Positions 1 through 13,562 are shown, counted from the stretch's first letter. The stretch is 64,000 nt of DNA from Octopus sinensis (GCF_006345805.1 NC_042999.1:41540001-41604000); one strand, 5' to 3'. The notes: generated from the sequence alone by a model not told the origin. Numbers and translations are program-made.

Positions 1-971
1 AATTTACTGGTCTGTTACCTAACATAAAAAACTATTTAATAAAGAAAATAATTTTAACGATTCTGCCACCTCACCGCCCTTATTCTATGTAAAATATTGT
101 CTCTCGGTGTTTTTTCGATACTAGTAGAGCTTTTTAAATAGACATCATTTCATATTGATATGCTCAAATGTATGTGTGAGATACTGGAAGAATATATAAT
201 TTTGTATCTCTTTTAATATGTGAAAGTGTGTACTTAATATTTGGAGATACTACTTTTAAATGAAAAATTTTAATAATGTATGGAAATTTCAGACAGCTCT
301 TGTAATATTCATAGTCTCTCTCGAAAACTATTTTCTAATGTGTCGGAACAGCATACCTTGAAGTGTTTTCAGAAAAAGAAACCTCTTACAATATCGAGCA
401 AGCTGAAATAATATCTTGTGAGAAGTTTTACATTAACATTCTCCAAGACGTTGTGGTGCTTCTTTGTTATTATTTTCTATGCCTGTTTACAATCTATTAT
501 CCAGGATATTTGGCATAAACACCAGGATAGCACGAAGGAACACGTACTATATGAAGCAGTCAAGAAGGAAGAATTGTACGACAAGGGTTTAACTCGACGG
601 TATTCTACAAAATCTTGATACTCGTTTAAAATACTGAACATTATTCCTTGGCTGTACGGATCCGTTACAGTGAGTACTATCAGTTCCACCTACAACTGCA
701 GTCGAAAGTCTCAGTCGAGGAATTTTTCAGACAACCTTTTTCTTTCCAGTGATTTTAGACAAACGCTGACCCTTATTGCAAAGAGCACACCTGCCGAAGA
801 GCAAGATTAGAAAAGAAAAAGAAGAAAAACGTCATTTTTACTGTAACTCGTAAGTTGCACTTAATAGAGGTGTCTTAGCAGCTTAGTTTATTCTAGTTTT
901 GCTTCAGTTACATCTAAGGATCAGTTATTAGTTGACTCTGCAAGGCAGAATGTCAAAATGGAAAAATGTAC

Positions 972-1136
972 TAGTGGCTGTGTGGTAAGTAGCTTGCTTA
1001 AGAACAACATGGTTCCGGGTTCAGTTCCACAGCGTGGCACCATGGGCAAGTGTCTTCTACTATAGCCTCGGGCCGACCAAAGCTTTGTCAGTGGATTTGG
1101 TAGACGGAAACTGAAAAGAAGCCCATCGTATATATG

Positions 1137-1181
<45 letters not shown>

Positions 1182-1385
1182 CTCCTGTGTTTGTCCCCCC
1201 AACATCGCTTGACAACCGATGCTTGTGTGTTTACGTCCCCGTAGCTTAGCGGTTCGGCAAAAAGAGACCGATAGAATGAGTAGAAGGCTTACAAAGAATA
1301 AAACCTGGGTCGATTTGCTCGATTAAAAGGTGGTGCTCCAGCAGAACCGCAGTCAAATGACTGAAACAAGTAAAAGAGTAAAAGA
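972..1385 (+). mobile_element. tRNA-derived SINE, family A (head + internal TA/TG microsatellite + 3' module ending gtaaaaga repeats)
   Basis: A-box-like tggctgtgtggt and B-box-like ggttcagttcc; near-identical copies at 16983-17455, 50759-51190, 54190-54614 and 55069-55470. Confidence 0.85.
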
Positions 1386-1539
1386 TATACATCTAGAAAA
1401 TTGCAAATGAAAGTTTGACCTCGCTTCTTACAACATTATAGGGACCATGGGTGATTTTTCTAAACATGCCAGACTATTTTCAAAAAAATGATATTCTGAA
1501 GGGTGTTTGATACCGCCATTACTCAACAAGTATCGATCC

Positions 1540-1900
1540 ATATCAGATGGTACAAGTTAGTTCGCACTGCAGTTGTCATTAAAGAGGCTGGCACCTATAT
1601 AACAGAGATCCTCAACTCTTTTAATCTTCACAATCTGCAACTGAAAATGGGACCATTCAACATGTTGCTATGGAATTTGCATGCACCTAAGGTCTTTACA
1701 GGTCTTTAAGAACTGTTGTGCCCCAAGTAGTCGATGCCACATTTATGGCCGGAGGCTTAGAAGAATAGATGATTTTATTTCTCCATATCATATCAGATAC
1801 GCTACACTTTCTATCAGATATGTTGTTTCAATTCAACTGCATTGCTTTTCAGTATTTATTTTTATGATCACGAACAAAGCTTAGGGGCAGTCACTTAGCT
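1540..1900 (+). pseudogene. Helitron RepHel / PIF1-family helicase C-terminal remnant
   Basis: Translates as TEILNS..HNLQLKMGPFNMLLWNLHAPK, then SDMLFQF and MITNKA*GQSL, matching the order of the Helitron helicase motifs TEFLNS..PHxLxLKVGxPIMLLRNL, SDMPFQF and MTINKAQGQSL; stops and frameshifts present. Confidence 0.75.
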
Positions 1901-2149
1901 GCTGAATTTTAAATAAGTGCATGTGCCCTTATGTTCAGTTCAATATTCAATGGTCTAACCAGTTCTCCTGGTCTATGTAGTTTACAATAACATGAATGAT
2001 CTTGTAAGTACAAAAAAAAAACCTTCTCGCAACTTAGATATAAGTGTAAATTTAATTTTATGCATATCTGAAAATTATATATATATATAAATATAATCAA
2101 TGGGTGGTATTATTACTAGTATGTATGTTTCTGTCCGGCATTCACCATA

Positions 2150-2345
2150 ATAGATCGCTAGCCACTATACATTCTTTATTTTTTCTCCTTGGTTATTTCT
2201 GTGTCACTTTCTGGTGGAAGAGCGTTGGCTCGAAACATTAAAGTCTTTTTCTCTTCCAGAGCGTTATACTAATACAACTGTTTATTGTCTACACCAACTG
2301 TCTTAGTCTTCTGTCTTTTGGCGGTTTTTTTTGTGAATTCTCCCT
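2150..2345 (+). mobile_element. Short non-autonomous hammerhead-bearing element, family P2 (Penelope-like pLTR derivative), degenerate
   Basis: Reverse complement of 61105-61360 and similar to 8270-8460 and 33990-34142; degenerate hammerhead at 2206-2244. Confidence 0.65.
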
Positions 2346-2370
2346 ATATATATAGGGAGAATTCACAAAA
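2329..2370. repeat. Perfect 42-bp palindrome centred on (TA)5
   Basis: ttttgtgaattctccc-tatatatata-gggagaattcacaaaa. Confidence 0.95.
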
Positions 2371-2394
2371 GGATAGCATTTTTTCCGATTGCCG

Positions 2395-2455
2395 GATAAC
2401 TGAAGAGATGGCGGTGTGGATTTCCACCCCGACATCTGAAACTCGGAGTTTTATC
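2395..2455 (+). ncRNA. Type I hammerhead ribozyme motif
   Basis: gataa / CTGAAGA / gatg-gcggtgtgga-tt-tccaccccga-catc / t-GAAA / ctc-g-gag / TT / ttatc; helix I gataa:ttatc; one extra U before GAAA. Confidence 0.7.
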
Positions 2456-2583
2456 ATGGCTACCGAATAAGTGTCATATATTACATTTATATATAAATTT
2501 CTCTGTTTACTTAATATCGAGGTATCTTTCATTCTTATGTTGTCTTACCATTTCTATCAATATATATATACATACATACATAC

Positions 2584-2636
<53 letters not shown>

Positions 2637-2650
2637 TATATATATATATG

Positions 2651-2684
<34 letters not shown>

Positions 2685-3004
2685 TGTATGTATGTATGTA
2701 TGTATGTATGTATTTATCTATGTATAGTAAAAATGGCTTTTAGATGGAAACTTTTACATGCTCCTCACTTTTTAAACCTTATATCTATGATGTATTATTG
2801 TAAATATAATTATCAGTAAACTATTTTCGTTTTCATTAGCGAAATTACGAAAATATTTTGTGGCCATTTTGGATAAAATTTGTTTTATTTCTCTCTCCTC
2901 CACGTTCACGTGAATTAAATTTTTTAAATTATCAGTATTGGTAGGGAGTACATCAGCAACAAGAAAAGCTAGAAAATCTAAAGCAATAAGGAATCATGGA
3001 GTCT

Positions 3005-3405
3005 AGCTGGATCGGGCGACGAGTTGTGTTCTTGAGCTTGCTCCAGTCCACAAAGCTGGCAAAAATGAGTAACGCTTGGCGTCCTCTCCAGCTGGGGAAC
3101 ACGTACGGCATTGAAACCACCGGGAAACTGGGCCCATTAGCCTAGCTAGACTTTAAACCGGTGCATGACTTAGTAGTTAGGGTGTCAGCACAATGATCGT
3201 AAGACTGTGGTTTCGATTCCTGGACCGGGCGACGAGTTGTGTTCTTGAGCAAAACACTCTATTTCACGTTGCTTCAGTCCATTCAGCTGGCAAAAATGAG
3301 TAACGCTGCGATGGACTTGCGTCCCGTTCAGCTGGGGAACACATACGCCAATGAAACCGGGAAACCGGGCCCATGAGCCTGGCTAGGCTTAATAAAGGGC
3401 GCATT
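3005..3405 (+). mobile_element. SINE family C, tandem pair (5'-truncated copy followed by near-full copy)
   Basis: Repeated ccgggcgacgagttgtgttcttgagc...cagctggcaaaaatgagtaacgct...gaaaccggg..ggccc; matches 16256-16750 and 19598-19812. Confidence 0.8.
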
Positions 3406-4002
3406 CATTTTTTTATTTTATTTAATATATCACTCTCTTTTGCCGAGACTTTACGGAGACGTAAACAAACCGACACCAAATTTAACTGAGTGGAACTGAG
3501 CCGAAGACCACATGGTAGGGATGCAAGATTCTTAACAAAATACCAATTGTTAACAACAAAAACGCACAGAGCGATTGAACCTGGGTTCACCTGAGCTCAA
3601 ATACCAACGGCAATAATATTAAAAACGTGAGTTGAGTTTTGACAACTGGTCATAGAACTGGATCTAACATTGGGTCTATGCTTGATAAAATATATTATCT
3701 ACATCTGTACGAAAATAAATCCGCGCCCTCACAGTCGATTATTTATGATGATTCATACTACTATGTTTATGTGCGATACAAGATTAATATTCGTTTCTGA
3801 AAGATTTCAATCCTTTAAAACCTATAGTTACTTAAATACCATCTTATGGAACAATTTCTGCGAGGATGCAAAATTGAAATATTGAGAAGTAGGAAAGAAA
3901 TTTCAGATGCATTGATATGGGTTTGGAAATTATGTTTCTTTATACCTCTTCACACAACGCTTCAAATATTTACCAAAACAATATTTCCTTGCACAGCCCC
4001 TC

Positions 4003-4043
<41 letters not shown>

Positions 4044-4182
4044 GTATATATATATATATCTTCATGCACACATACATATATGCATATACACGTATATAAA
4101 AATTATATATATATATAACACATATATATATATGTGTGTGTGTGTGTATTTATATGCATATATATATACATATTACATATTT

Positions 4183-4224
<42 letters not shown>

Positions 4225-4239
4225 ATATTATATATATAT

Positions 4240-4274
<35 letters not shown>

Positions 4275-4618
4275 TACACACGTATATATCACACAAATAC
4301 GTGGATGCCCACATGAACAATATAAATAGCAAATATATATATATATATGTTTAAGTGTGAGAGAGTGAATGAAGGCGTGTGTATATATGTAAGTGTATGC
4401 ACATGTGCATTACGTGTCTAAATTTGTTTGTTCTGTAACTGAAACTTATACTTCAGATTTACTAATGAAATATTTGGGCAAAATTTTATGCTGCTGTTTA
4501 GAATATTCCGTCATATTTTTTAACAAGTTTATAGTAACATTATGTATTCTATATATAAAAACGCAAAGGAATATAACAATCTTTGTCTACATACCTGTCT
4601 TTCTACCAATTCTCTCTC

Positions 4619-4835
<217 letters not shown>

Positions 4836-5066
4836 CAGCACGTACACTGTAATCTCACACACAGACATGTACATAGATTGTATGCATGTATATATATGTG
4901 TGTGTGTGTGTATGTATGCATATATACATATATATATATATATATTATATATATATATATATATATAATATATATATGTATGTATGTATGTATGTATAAA
5001 TATATATATATATGTATGTATATATATGGATATATATGTGTATGTATATGTGTGTGTGTGTATATC

Positions 5067-5097
<31 letters not shown>

Positions 5098-5306
5098 ATA
5101 TGTTTGTGTCTGTGTTTGTCCCACCCAACATTGCTTGACAACCGATGGTGGTGTGTTTACGACCCCGTAACTTAGCGGTTCGGCAAAAGTGACCGATAGA
5201 AGAAGCACTAGGCTTCCAAAGTATTAGTCCTGGGGTCGATTTGCTCGACTAAAGGCGGTGCTCCAGCATGGCCGCAGTCAAATAACTGAAACAAGTAAAA
5301 GAGTAA
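5098..5306 (+). mobile_element. SINE family A, 3' module only
   Basis: tttgtgtctgtgtttgtccc...cttagcggttcggcaaaag...ggcggtgctccagcatggccgcagtc...gtaaaagagtaaa. Confidence 0.8.
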
Positions 5307-5309
5307 ATA

Positions 5310-5347
<38 letters not shown>

Positions 5348-5352
5348 TATAT

Positions 5353-5383
<31 letters not shown>

Positions 5384-6006
5384 AAGAGAGAGTGCGATAT
5401 TTGTATGTAAACAGATTTGTATGTGTTGGATATGGAGTATCTTAACTGGAATGTAAATCTAACCTTGATTACCAAGATACAAATACGTTTGGCAATTCTA
5501 TCAAGGCTACGGCAAATTCAGTGTGCAAAATGCGTTTTGGCTATGGAATAAGCTAAGCATTTAACGAAAAACTAAGAAGGGATATAGCTTGTCGCAGCTA
5601 ACTACATTCGGTTGCTATGAAACAGAAAGCTTCTGTAATTACACAATCTCTAAGAAGAATGAAAAGTTATGATGGAGCAAGAAAACCACGAAGGAGGGAC
5701 AGAGAAATGATGAGATAATGTTAAGATGCATAGTGAAATTTTCATTGTTATTGCATTTTGATGTGAGAATGAACGAGGATTTCCCTGCACTTAAAAACTG
5801 CATACATCTCATTATTGAAACACTTTCGCGTAAGAATGGTAAAGAAATGATACTACAATAGTGTGGTGAATGTGCAGCTACGTGATGTATATGCATTTAA
5901 AGGTAAGTGTACCAGTAAATATACATATTTGCATATATATTTTTATGCAAAGACACACATACATATACGTATATATATATTTCGACGGTATATATATACG
6001 TATATA

Positions 6007-6238
6007 GGCGGCGAGCTGGCAGAAACGTTAGCACACCGGGCGAAATGCTCAGCGGTATTTCGTCTGCGGCTACGTTCTGAGTTCAAATTCCGCCGAGGTC
6101 GACTTTGCCTTTCATCCTTTCGAGGTCGATAAATTAAGTACGTTACGCACTGGGGTCGATATAATCGACTTAATCCATTTGTCTGTCCTTGTTCGTCCCC
6201 TCTGTGTTTAGCCCCTTGTGGGTAGTAAAGAAATAGGT
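6007..6238 (+). mobile_element. SINE family B
   Basis: ggcggcgagctggcagaaacgttagc head, gagttcaaattcc B-box-like motif, central ccgaggtcgactttgcctttcatcctttcgaggtcgataaattaagtac domain; copies at 8495-8727 (-) and 55513-55722. Confidence 0.85.
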
Positions 6239-6608
6239 ATATATACGCATATACATGTATATATATATAAACGACAGACTATGCTGATGATCTTGCAGAT
6301 GTTCGCGTATACATATACGTGAATATTAACAAGTGCAACTGATTAGTACATAGGTAATCGTTTTTTATTTCGTATATTTTCATTTGTCTTGCTTATTTTT
6401 TACACTTTGGTTTTTGCTGAGTTTTTTCTTCAGAACACATTCTTCGTGGAAAATAGCGATTTTGACGTCTATATCTAGCATATTGACTGTCCACTTTTAG
6501 TGGTCTGTCCTTTAAATTTTGTATGTAAAAAATATTTTAATCTTCGGATTTTTTTAATATGCTAGGCCACTGGTTTTAATTGATTAATATCAATTTCTAC
6601 CCTTATTC

Positions 6609-6657
<49 letters not shown>

Positions 6658-6757
6658 AACAAATCCATATATATATATATACACATAAACAAATCCATAT
6701 ATATATATATATGCTTATATATAGGCATATATGTATATACATGTGTGTGTGCGTGTC

Positions 6758-6960
6758 AAGGCACATAGCTCAGTTGTTAGAATGTCGGGTCACATTGATA
6801 ACGTGGTGAATTTGATACCTGGACCGGGCTGTGTTTTGTGTTCTTGAGCAAGACACTTTATTTTCCGTTGCTCCAATTCACTCAGCTGTAGAAATAAGTT
6901 GCGACGTCACTAGTGCCAAGCTGTATCAACCTCCCTTGGATAACATCATTCCCTGGAGAG
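6758..6960 (+). mobile_element. SINE family C-related variant
   Basis: cctggaccgggc..tgtgttcttgagcaagacactt..gttgctccaattcactcagctg; tail gttgcgacgtcac.gtgccaagctgtatc shared with 22331-22668. Confidence 0.65.
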
Positions 6961-7899
6961 GTGAGTTTGTTTTACAGTTACTGAAATCGTATTGTTTCTG
7001 TATAAAATGATGGCTGCAGCAGTAGATTCATCCGCGTGTCTCTTTTCTTCTTTTCGTTATTTTCTGAGTGTCAAACGTTCACTCGGTCCGCGTTGTCGGC
7101 CCTATTTTTAACTATATGTGTCTCCCTTCATCTTGTAGTTTCTCTTTCACTTTCTGTATTTTTCCAACCAAAGATAAACGAACGTAATGATTAATAATAT
7201 TTAGTTCCTTTTCCATACATTTCAGTTAGTTTAATTATTCCAAAGTTTTATACAATTCTTAGGAATTGAGCATACTTATGCGAAGGAGTGTTTATACTCT
7301 CATTTGTAACATTAGCCCATCATTTGCAGCAGGTGGAAGAAATATTCGAATAAATATAATTTGAAATGGTACTTCACGAAATGGAAATACTTTTCTGTAG
7401 TTCTACAAAATAAAACGAATAATGGATCCATAATTCAAAAACTAATGAGAAATGGATGTTCATTGATCACGTGACTAATTTAAAGAATACTGCGGGTTTT
7501 TTTTATTTTGTTTTGTGCGTTTTTTACTCTGAGGTGGACGAATTAAATTGGTGAGGGAACGTGTGGTGCCAGTTGGTGATGTAAACAAAAGGTGTGAATT
7601 CGGGCGACGAAGAACCATAGGCCTCCCCTTTGAGAAACACTGATTTAACCTCAATTTGAGATACCAGCAAAAGAAGAAATAAAGCTAGACTTTTTTCTAT
7701 TCCAAAGAAAAACGGTTTTATTCACACAAATATGCAACGGAAGAGTTTAAAGTACCAGTAATGATAAGGCTGTTGACTGGAAGAACACAAACATGGTTTA
7801 AACAGTAATCTCGGCAGGAAAGAAACATACCCTTAAGCAGTACAAAAACAAAAAATGGAAGTTGACGGAAGGAAAGCAAGACAAAAACGGCTTTATCGA

Positions 7900-8051
7900 T
7901 CGCATTCTCACTTGGAATCGATTTTTGTAATTTTTTAAAGACTTATACACGCCCTGATACCGTCGGTATCTGCATATCAAATTTGCGCGCAATCGGATGG
8001 AGGATGCCCGAGATCATAGAAGACACACACACAGACAGACAGAACGGATTT

Positions 8052-8060
<9 letters not shown>
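7900..8060 (-). mobile_element. Possible non-autonomous Helitron-like 5' end
   Basis: Minus strand reads tattatataaaatccgttctgtctgtctgtgtgtg...ccgattgcgcgcaaatttg, resembling the microsatellite-bearing 5' ends of invertebrate Helitron/Helentron derivatives; recalled resemblance only. Confidence 0.35.
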
Positions 8061-8117
<57 letters not shown>

Positions 8118-8269
8118 TGTATGTATGTATGTAAAAATATGTGCATGAAACTTTGCAGGAATGTCAATACATATCCACTTGGGCACTAACCCCACCGCCC
8201 GGGGCTAGTAGAATCATTATAAATGGATAACCGGAGGTCCATAATACACATGTATGTATGTATATATAT

Positions 8270-8460
8270 AAAGGGAAAGTTTACGAAAATAAACAAAAGG
8301 CGAAGGCAGGTGGTGTACAAACAAACAGATGTATTAGTATAGCGCTCAGGAATAGAAAAAGTCTTTTACGTTTCGAGCCTACGCTCTTCTACAGAAAGGG
8401 TCACAGAAAAAGCAAGGAGAAACAAGGAGAGAAAAAAAATGTGTGTAGTAGCTATCGATG
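8270..8460 (-). mobile_element. Family P2 hammerhead-bearing short element
   Basis: Homologous to 33990-34142 and 61105-61360; abuts a TA tract. Confidence 0.7.
8363..8398 (-). ncRNA. Minimal hammerhead ribozyme motif, variant core CUGUAGA
   Basis: Minus strand cttt CTGTAGA a gagc-gtag-gctc GAAAC GTA aaag. Confidence 0.65.
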
Positions 8461-8494
8461 ACATATACAAATATGTGTGTGTGTTTATGTTTAT

Positions 8495-8727
8495 TATTTC
8501 TTTATTACCTACAAGCGGCTAAACATAGAGGGGACAAAGAACTACAGACAAACGGTTTAAGTCGATTACATCGACCGCAGTGCGTAACTGGTACTTAATT
8601 TTTCGACCCCGAAAGAATGAAAAGTAAAGTCGACCTCGGCGAAATTTGAACTCAGAACGCAGCGGCGGACGAAATGCCACGAAGCATTTCGCCCGGCGTG
8701 CTAACGTTTCTGCCAGCTCGCCGCCTT
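8495..8727 (-). mobile_element. SINE family B
   Basis: Reverse complement of 6007-6238. Confidence 0.85.
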
Positions 8728-8784
8728 ATGTGTGTGTTTATGTTGGTGTGCGTTTATTTATATCTATGTGCATATGCACGCGCG

Positions 8785-9815
8785 TTGTGTGTGTGTGTGT
8801 GTATTTGTGTGTATGTGTGCGTGCTAGTGTGTATAAGCAATGATATGTTCACTCCTGTTTCTCATAATCCTGCATATTAGAAAGTCAACAGAATTCGTTG
8901 CGTGTAATTTTACTCGCAAAAAAAATTATCCCTCCAAATGCTATAGACAGAAAGTTTTAAGCATAACTACAGATATCATCATTTAAATATTCCTCACTTC
9001 ATGAGCCCATACAGAACATATGTGTGCGTATGTGTGTGTATGTGTGTGTACATGTATGTACGTGTGTGTGTGTCCGCGCGCGCCCGAATGGTTGGGTGTG
9101 TGCTTGAAAGTATATGACAATAAAATAATCCCTTTGGAATAATATTAAAAGATTTTTCGCTGAGTAAATGTGGATGATAAGAGATTACCTTACTTATCGT
9201 ATCAAATTATTTCCTAACACGGAAATATATTAAAAATAATCATATTAGACTACTATTAAAAAGAAAACAGTGCTGCAGAAATATATATATATGTATGTGT
9301 GTTGTGTGTGTGTGTGTGTGTATTTGTGTGTGTATGTGTGCGTGCTAGTGTGTATAAGCAATGATATGTTCACTCCTGTTTCTCATAATCCTGCATATTA
9401 GAAAGTCAACAGAATTCGTTGCGTGTAATTTTACTCGCAAAAAAAATTATCCCTCCAAATGCTATAGACAGAAAGTTTTAAGCATAAATACAGATATCAT
9501 CATTTAAATATTCCTCACTTCATGAGCCCCTACAGAACATATGTGTGCGTATGTTGTGTGTATGTGTGTGTACATGTAGTACGTGTGTGTGTGTCCGCGC
9601 GCGCCCGAATGTTGGGGTGTGCTTGTAAAGTATATGACAATAAAATAATCCCTTGGAATAATATTAAAAGATTTTTCGCTGAGTAAATGTGGATGATAAG
9701 AGATTACCTTACTTATCGTTCAAATTATTTCCTAACACGGAAATATATTAAAAAATACTCATATTAGACTATATTAAAAGAAAACAGTGCTGCAGAAATA
9801 TATATATGTATGTGG
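8785..9815. repeat. ~520-bp tandem duplication (two copies)
   Basis: 8785-~9300 is repeated at ~9305-9815 (gtgctagtgtgtataagcaatgatatg...aaaacagtgctgcagaaatatat); differences are mostly 1-bp indels. Confidence 0.9.
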
Positions 9816-9953
9816 TGTGTGTGTGTGTGTGTGTGTGTGTGTTGTGTGTGTGTGGTGTGTGTGTATGTGTGTATGCATGTATGTTTTTTTTGCATATCTA
9901 TATTCTATTTAAATCTCTATCTATCTATCCATCTATCTATTTATCTATCTCCC

Positions 9954-10000
<47 letters not shown>

Positions 10001-10243
10001 CATGCTTACATCTATGTATGTAGCATCCAATTTATATTTATGTGCGTATGTTCTTACAAACATATGCATCTATATATGTCTGTGTGTGTGAGTGAGTGTA
10101 TGGCTGTTTGTGTGTTTGTGTGTGTATGTACATGTATGTATTTAAGTGTATATGTATATATTAGATGCATTGTAAACAAAATGGATAATCTATCTAGGCA
10201 TATTTATTTTTAAAATACTTAGGCATGTGGTGTGTGTATTCGC

Positions 10244-10282
<39 letters not shown>

Positions 10283-10947
10283 CTGTGTGTCTGTGTGTCT
10301 GTGTGTCTGTGTGTGTGTGTGTATGTGAGGGAGTTTATATATATATTATTTAAACAGCTGATCAGATAATCAATCTGAATACCTATTTTGTAAAAACATA
10401 TATTTATTTTTTTACCTCAGGCAGAATACAATTTCGATGAGATAAACTTATGTGAAAATATATTCTCAAGTGTTTTTGACGTGAATGTATGCGTATATAT
10501 ATATGTTAACATATGTAAAACAATGTACATTACTGAAAGAAAGAAGAATGCCTAGTGTTAAGAAAAAATCAGTTTTGTATTTATATATATATATATATAT
10601 ATATACACATACACACACATATATTCGTGCTCCATGTATAATCAGTCTATTAGCCTCATACGTAAATTCGAATTCAATCATTTTCAAAAAAACAACGATA
10701 GGAATCTCTCAAGTGTGAGATTCTGTATAAAGAAAAAAAGGCTCAGTTTATTATTTTTTCCATGAATAGATATACGTAGATTCCATACGCAGATTTCATA
10801 GTTATTAAATGCAAGGTTTCTTCATACACGCAGTAGAAAGTATAGAATGCCGGCACCTGCATATACATATCACTTACCTTATGCATGATATATTATGCAT
10901 ATAGATATACAGTGATGTGCATTTGTATTTATGTATGAATGTATATG

Positions 10948-11002
<55 letters not shown>

Positions 11003-11279
11003 GTATGTATATATGTATGTATCTATGTATGTGTATATGTGTAAATATACATATATTTGTGTAAATGTATACCCTTTTCCTTCTGCAGACCATTATATAC
11101 ACACAAACACACACACACACACGCACACACACACACCGACACACATACACACACATATACACATGCACATGCATCTTTGCAGCAATGTCGATTCATACAT
11201 ATTGTCACGCATGTACAGTCTCTGTTTATATAATTATTAAGTCTCACAGGTGGTCTTCCCGGGCTTTATTGGAATAAAT

Positions 11280-11632
11280 AAGGGCCTCTCAACAATGTTT
11301 TTTGTTTTAATCTATGCATCCCTTTGGTTTTTTTATTTTCTCCAGGTGGATACCTATACCCATTGAATGTTTAAAATTAGTTTTATAGACACCTTTCAAA
11401 TTCCTTACTTTGTTTTAACACATTACCTTTTGTATGTTGAACTATGAAAAATATAAGAGGAAAACAAACGAGCAATTTCTTGCAATATATACCAATACAT
11501 ACATCTAACAAGTTTTCGGGGGCCCTTAAAATCCTGTTGTTGATCCTCAATTTACTATTTTATCATGTGGATCTCCAAAAATCTTATATGGACCCACAGG
11601 TGTCATGTATAAACGCCAGTTGAGAAACACTG
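11280..11632. mobile_element. Putative hAT-type MITE remnant
   Basis: Right end gttgagaaacactg (reverse complement cagtgtttctcaac); degenerate left end agggcctctcaac; a similar end tttgagaaacactg lies at ~7629-7642. Confidence 0.4.
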
Positions 11633-12967
11633 AAACAACTGTTGGCTTCTAAATGGTGAGAATTGTTATTATTATAGATGTTGGATGATGCTCGTTCCTC
11701 TAGTGTAGGTCTAGTTTTGTTTTAGCGTCGATTATTCGGCAACTACTAACTTTTGGAAGTCTTAGGCGGCTTCTTGTACAATGCAGTGTCCATTCATAGC
11801 AGAAATTATTTTCGAGACTACGATTTTGTTTCAGTGATGATAACAGATTGAAATTACTTATCTGAAAGTTTCGCTGATGTTAGCAGTATGAAAGTAGACA
11901 TATTTTGAAAGAATACTCTGTGTAGCAGTTCCTATAAGCGCATACACGGTAGTTCGGTAGTTACGTTCTCCGTAGGAGCAAGGAGTGTTTTGCTTTTTTT
12001 TTTTTATCGCAGAACGTTTTTGAATATAGTAGGCATGTCATTATCCAGCATCAAAATCTTTAAATTATTGCAAGAAAATAAGGTAGTGCTTCATTTTCTT
12101 TGTACCTGAAAGTGTTTATACGTTTAGTGAATATCCCTTTGCGGTTATTGGTTATGATTAAGGTGTAGCTCCTCAGAAAACCATTTACATTTAAATGGAA
12201 GATTATCTTCATTGAACAGGTGTATAGATTTTAGCATATACAGGTAGTTGCCTGTATGAAGGTGAAGTAGGTGTATAATTTTTCTGTCTTCAGTAGCGAG
12301 CGGTATTTGAATCGATGTTGTCTATACAAGACTAGATAACCTTAATCGTCTGCGCATTAAAATCTTGTAATACGTATGCGCTAGGCTTGTGAAAATAATA
12401 AGGAAAGAAAACTTAAACAGAATTACCGTAAATTTAACTAAGAATTTTCATTTCAATGGAATTTTTAACGGAGGGATTCGCTAGTCCAAGTCTTACTCCA
12501 GATTCGTCTTCTTTCCTTTACATATCCAGTAGTCGTTGGATAATGAAGTAGCGTCGAATTCCAGAATATATTCTAAGACCCTCAACTGGTTAAAAGAACG
12601 TATCCGACCAACGCTAATACATTTCTTTACATGTAGCGTCCCAAACACCCGAAAAGGCCTACCTTTTGCATTTGAGAAACATAACAGACATCAAACATTT
12701 GGTAGAAATTTTTGATCAAATGCTAAGCGATTTCCGTCTCTGTTTATCTATCTATCTGACGGTCTGTCTGTCTATCTATCTATCTAGCTAGCTAGCTAGC
12801 TAACTAACTAACTAACTAACTATATATCTATCTATCTTTCTCTCAGTCTTGTTATCTTTCTCACTTTTCCTCTCTTTCACTCTCTTTCTCTCTCTTTTTC
12901 ATATGTATATATATATATATATATTGATATTTATGCGTGCATACATACACACACTCATACGCATATG

Positions 12968-13347
12968 CTCTTTTATTCTTTTATTTGTTTTTGTTATTTG
13001 ACACCGGCTATACTGGAGTACCGCCTTAAAGGGTTTTAGCAGAAGAAATGGACCCCATGAATTCTTCTCTGTAAGCGTAGAACTTATTCTACCTGTCACT
13101 TTTGCTGCTAAGTTAAGGGGATGTAAACATACCAGCATCGGTTGTCAAGTGATGGTAGGGGCACAACACAGACACACATACATATACACATATATGACAG
13201 GCTTCTTTCTATCTACCAAATCCACACACAAGGCTTTAGTCGGCCCGAGGCCATAGTAGAAGACACCCAAGTTGCAACGTGGTGGGACTGAATCCGGAAC
13301 CATGTGGTTGGAAAGCAGGCTTCTTACCACACAGCCACTCTGCGCCT
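12968..13347 (-). mobile_element. SINE family A, diverged copy
   Basis: Reverse complement of the head (gagtggctgtgtggtaagaag...ggttccggattcagtccc) and a diverged 3' module. Confidence 0.75.
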
Positions 13348-13348
13348 C

Positions 13349-13386
<38 letters not shown>

Positions 13387-13459
13387 GTATATATATATAT
13401 AAATACATACATATTTATACATATATATGTATGTATGTATGTATATATTATATATATGC

Positions 13460-13493
<34 letters not shown>

Positions 13494-13562
13494 TTTATAT
13501 ATGTATATATGTATACATATGTATATATATATAATACATATATATATGAATATATATACATA

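Noticed and set aside
972-1050. tRNA gene (and similar heads in the other SINE copies)
   Set aside because: A/B-box-like motifs are present, but each continues into a shared SINE body and no complete cloverleaf is evident.
6274-6297. In-frame DYADDLA resembling the RT catalytic motif
   Set aside because: Only ~8 codons embedded in TA-rich sequence, with no flanking RT motifs.
11640-12720. Complex non-repetitive stretch suspected to be a decayed retroelement (also ~14000-14760, ~15640-16070 and ~45445-45800)
   Set aside because: Only isolated 4-6-residue motif resemblances; no family could be supported by eye.
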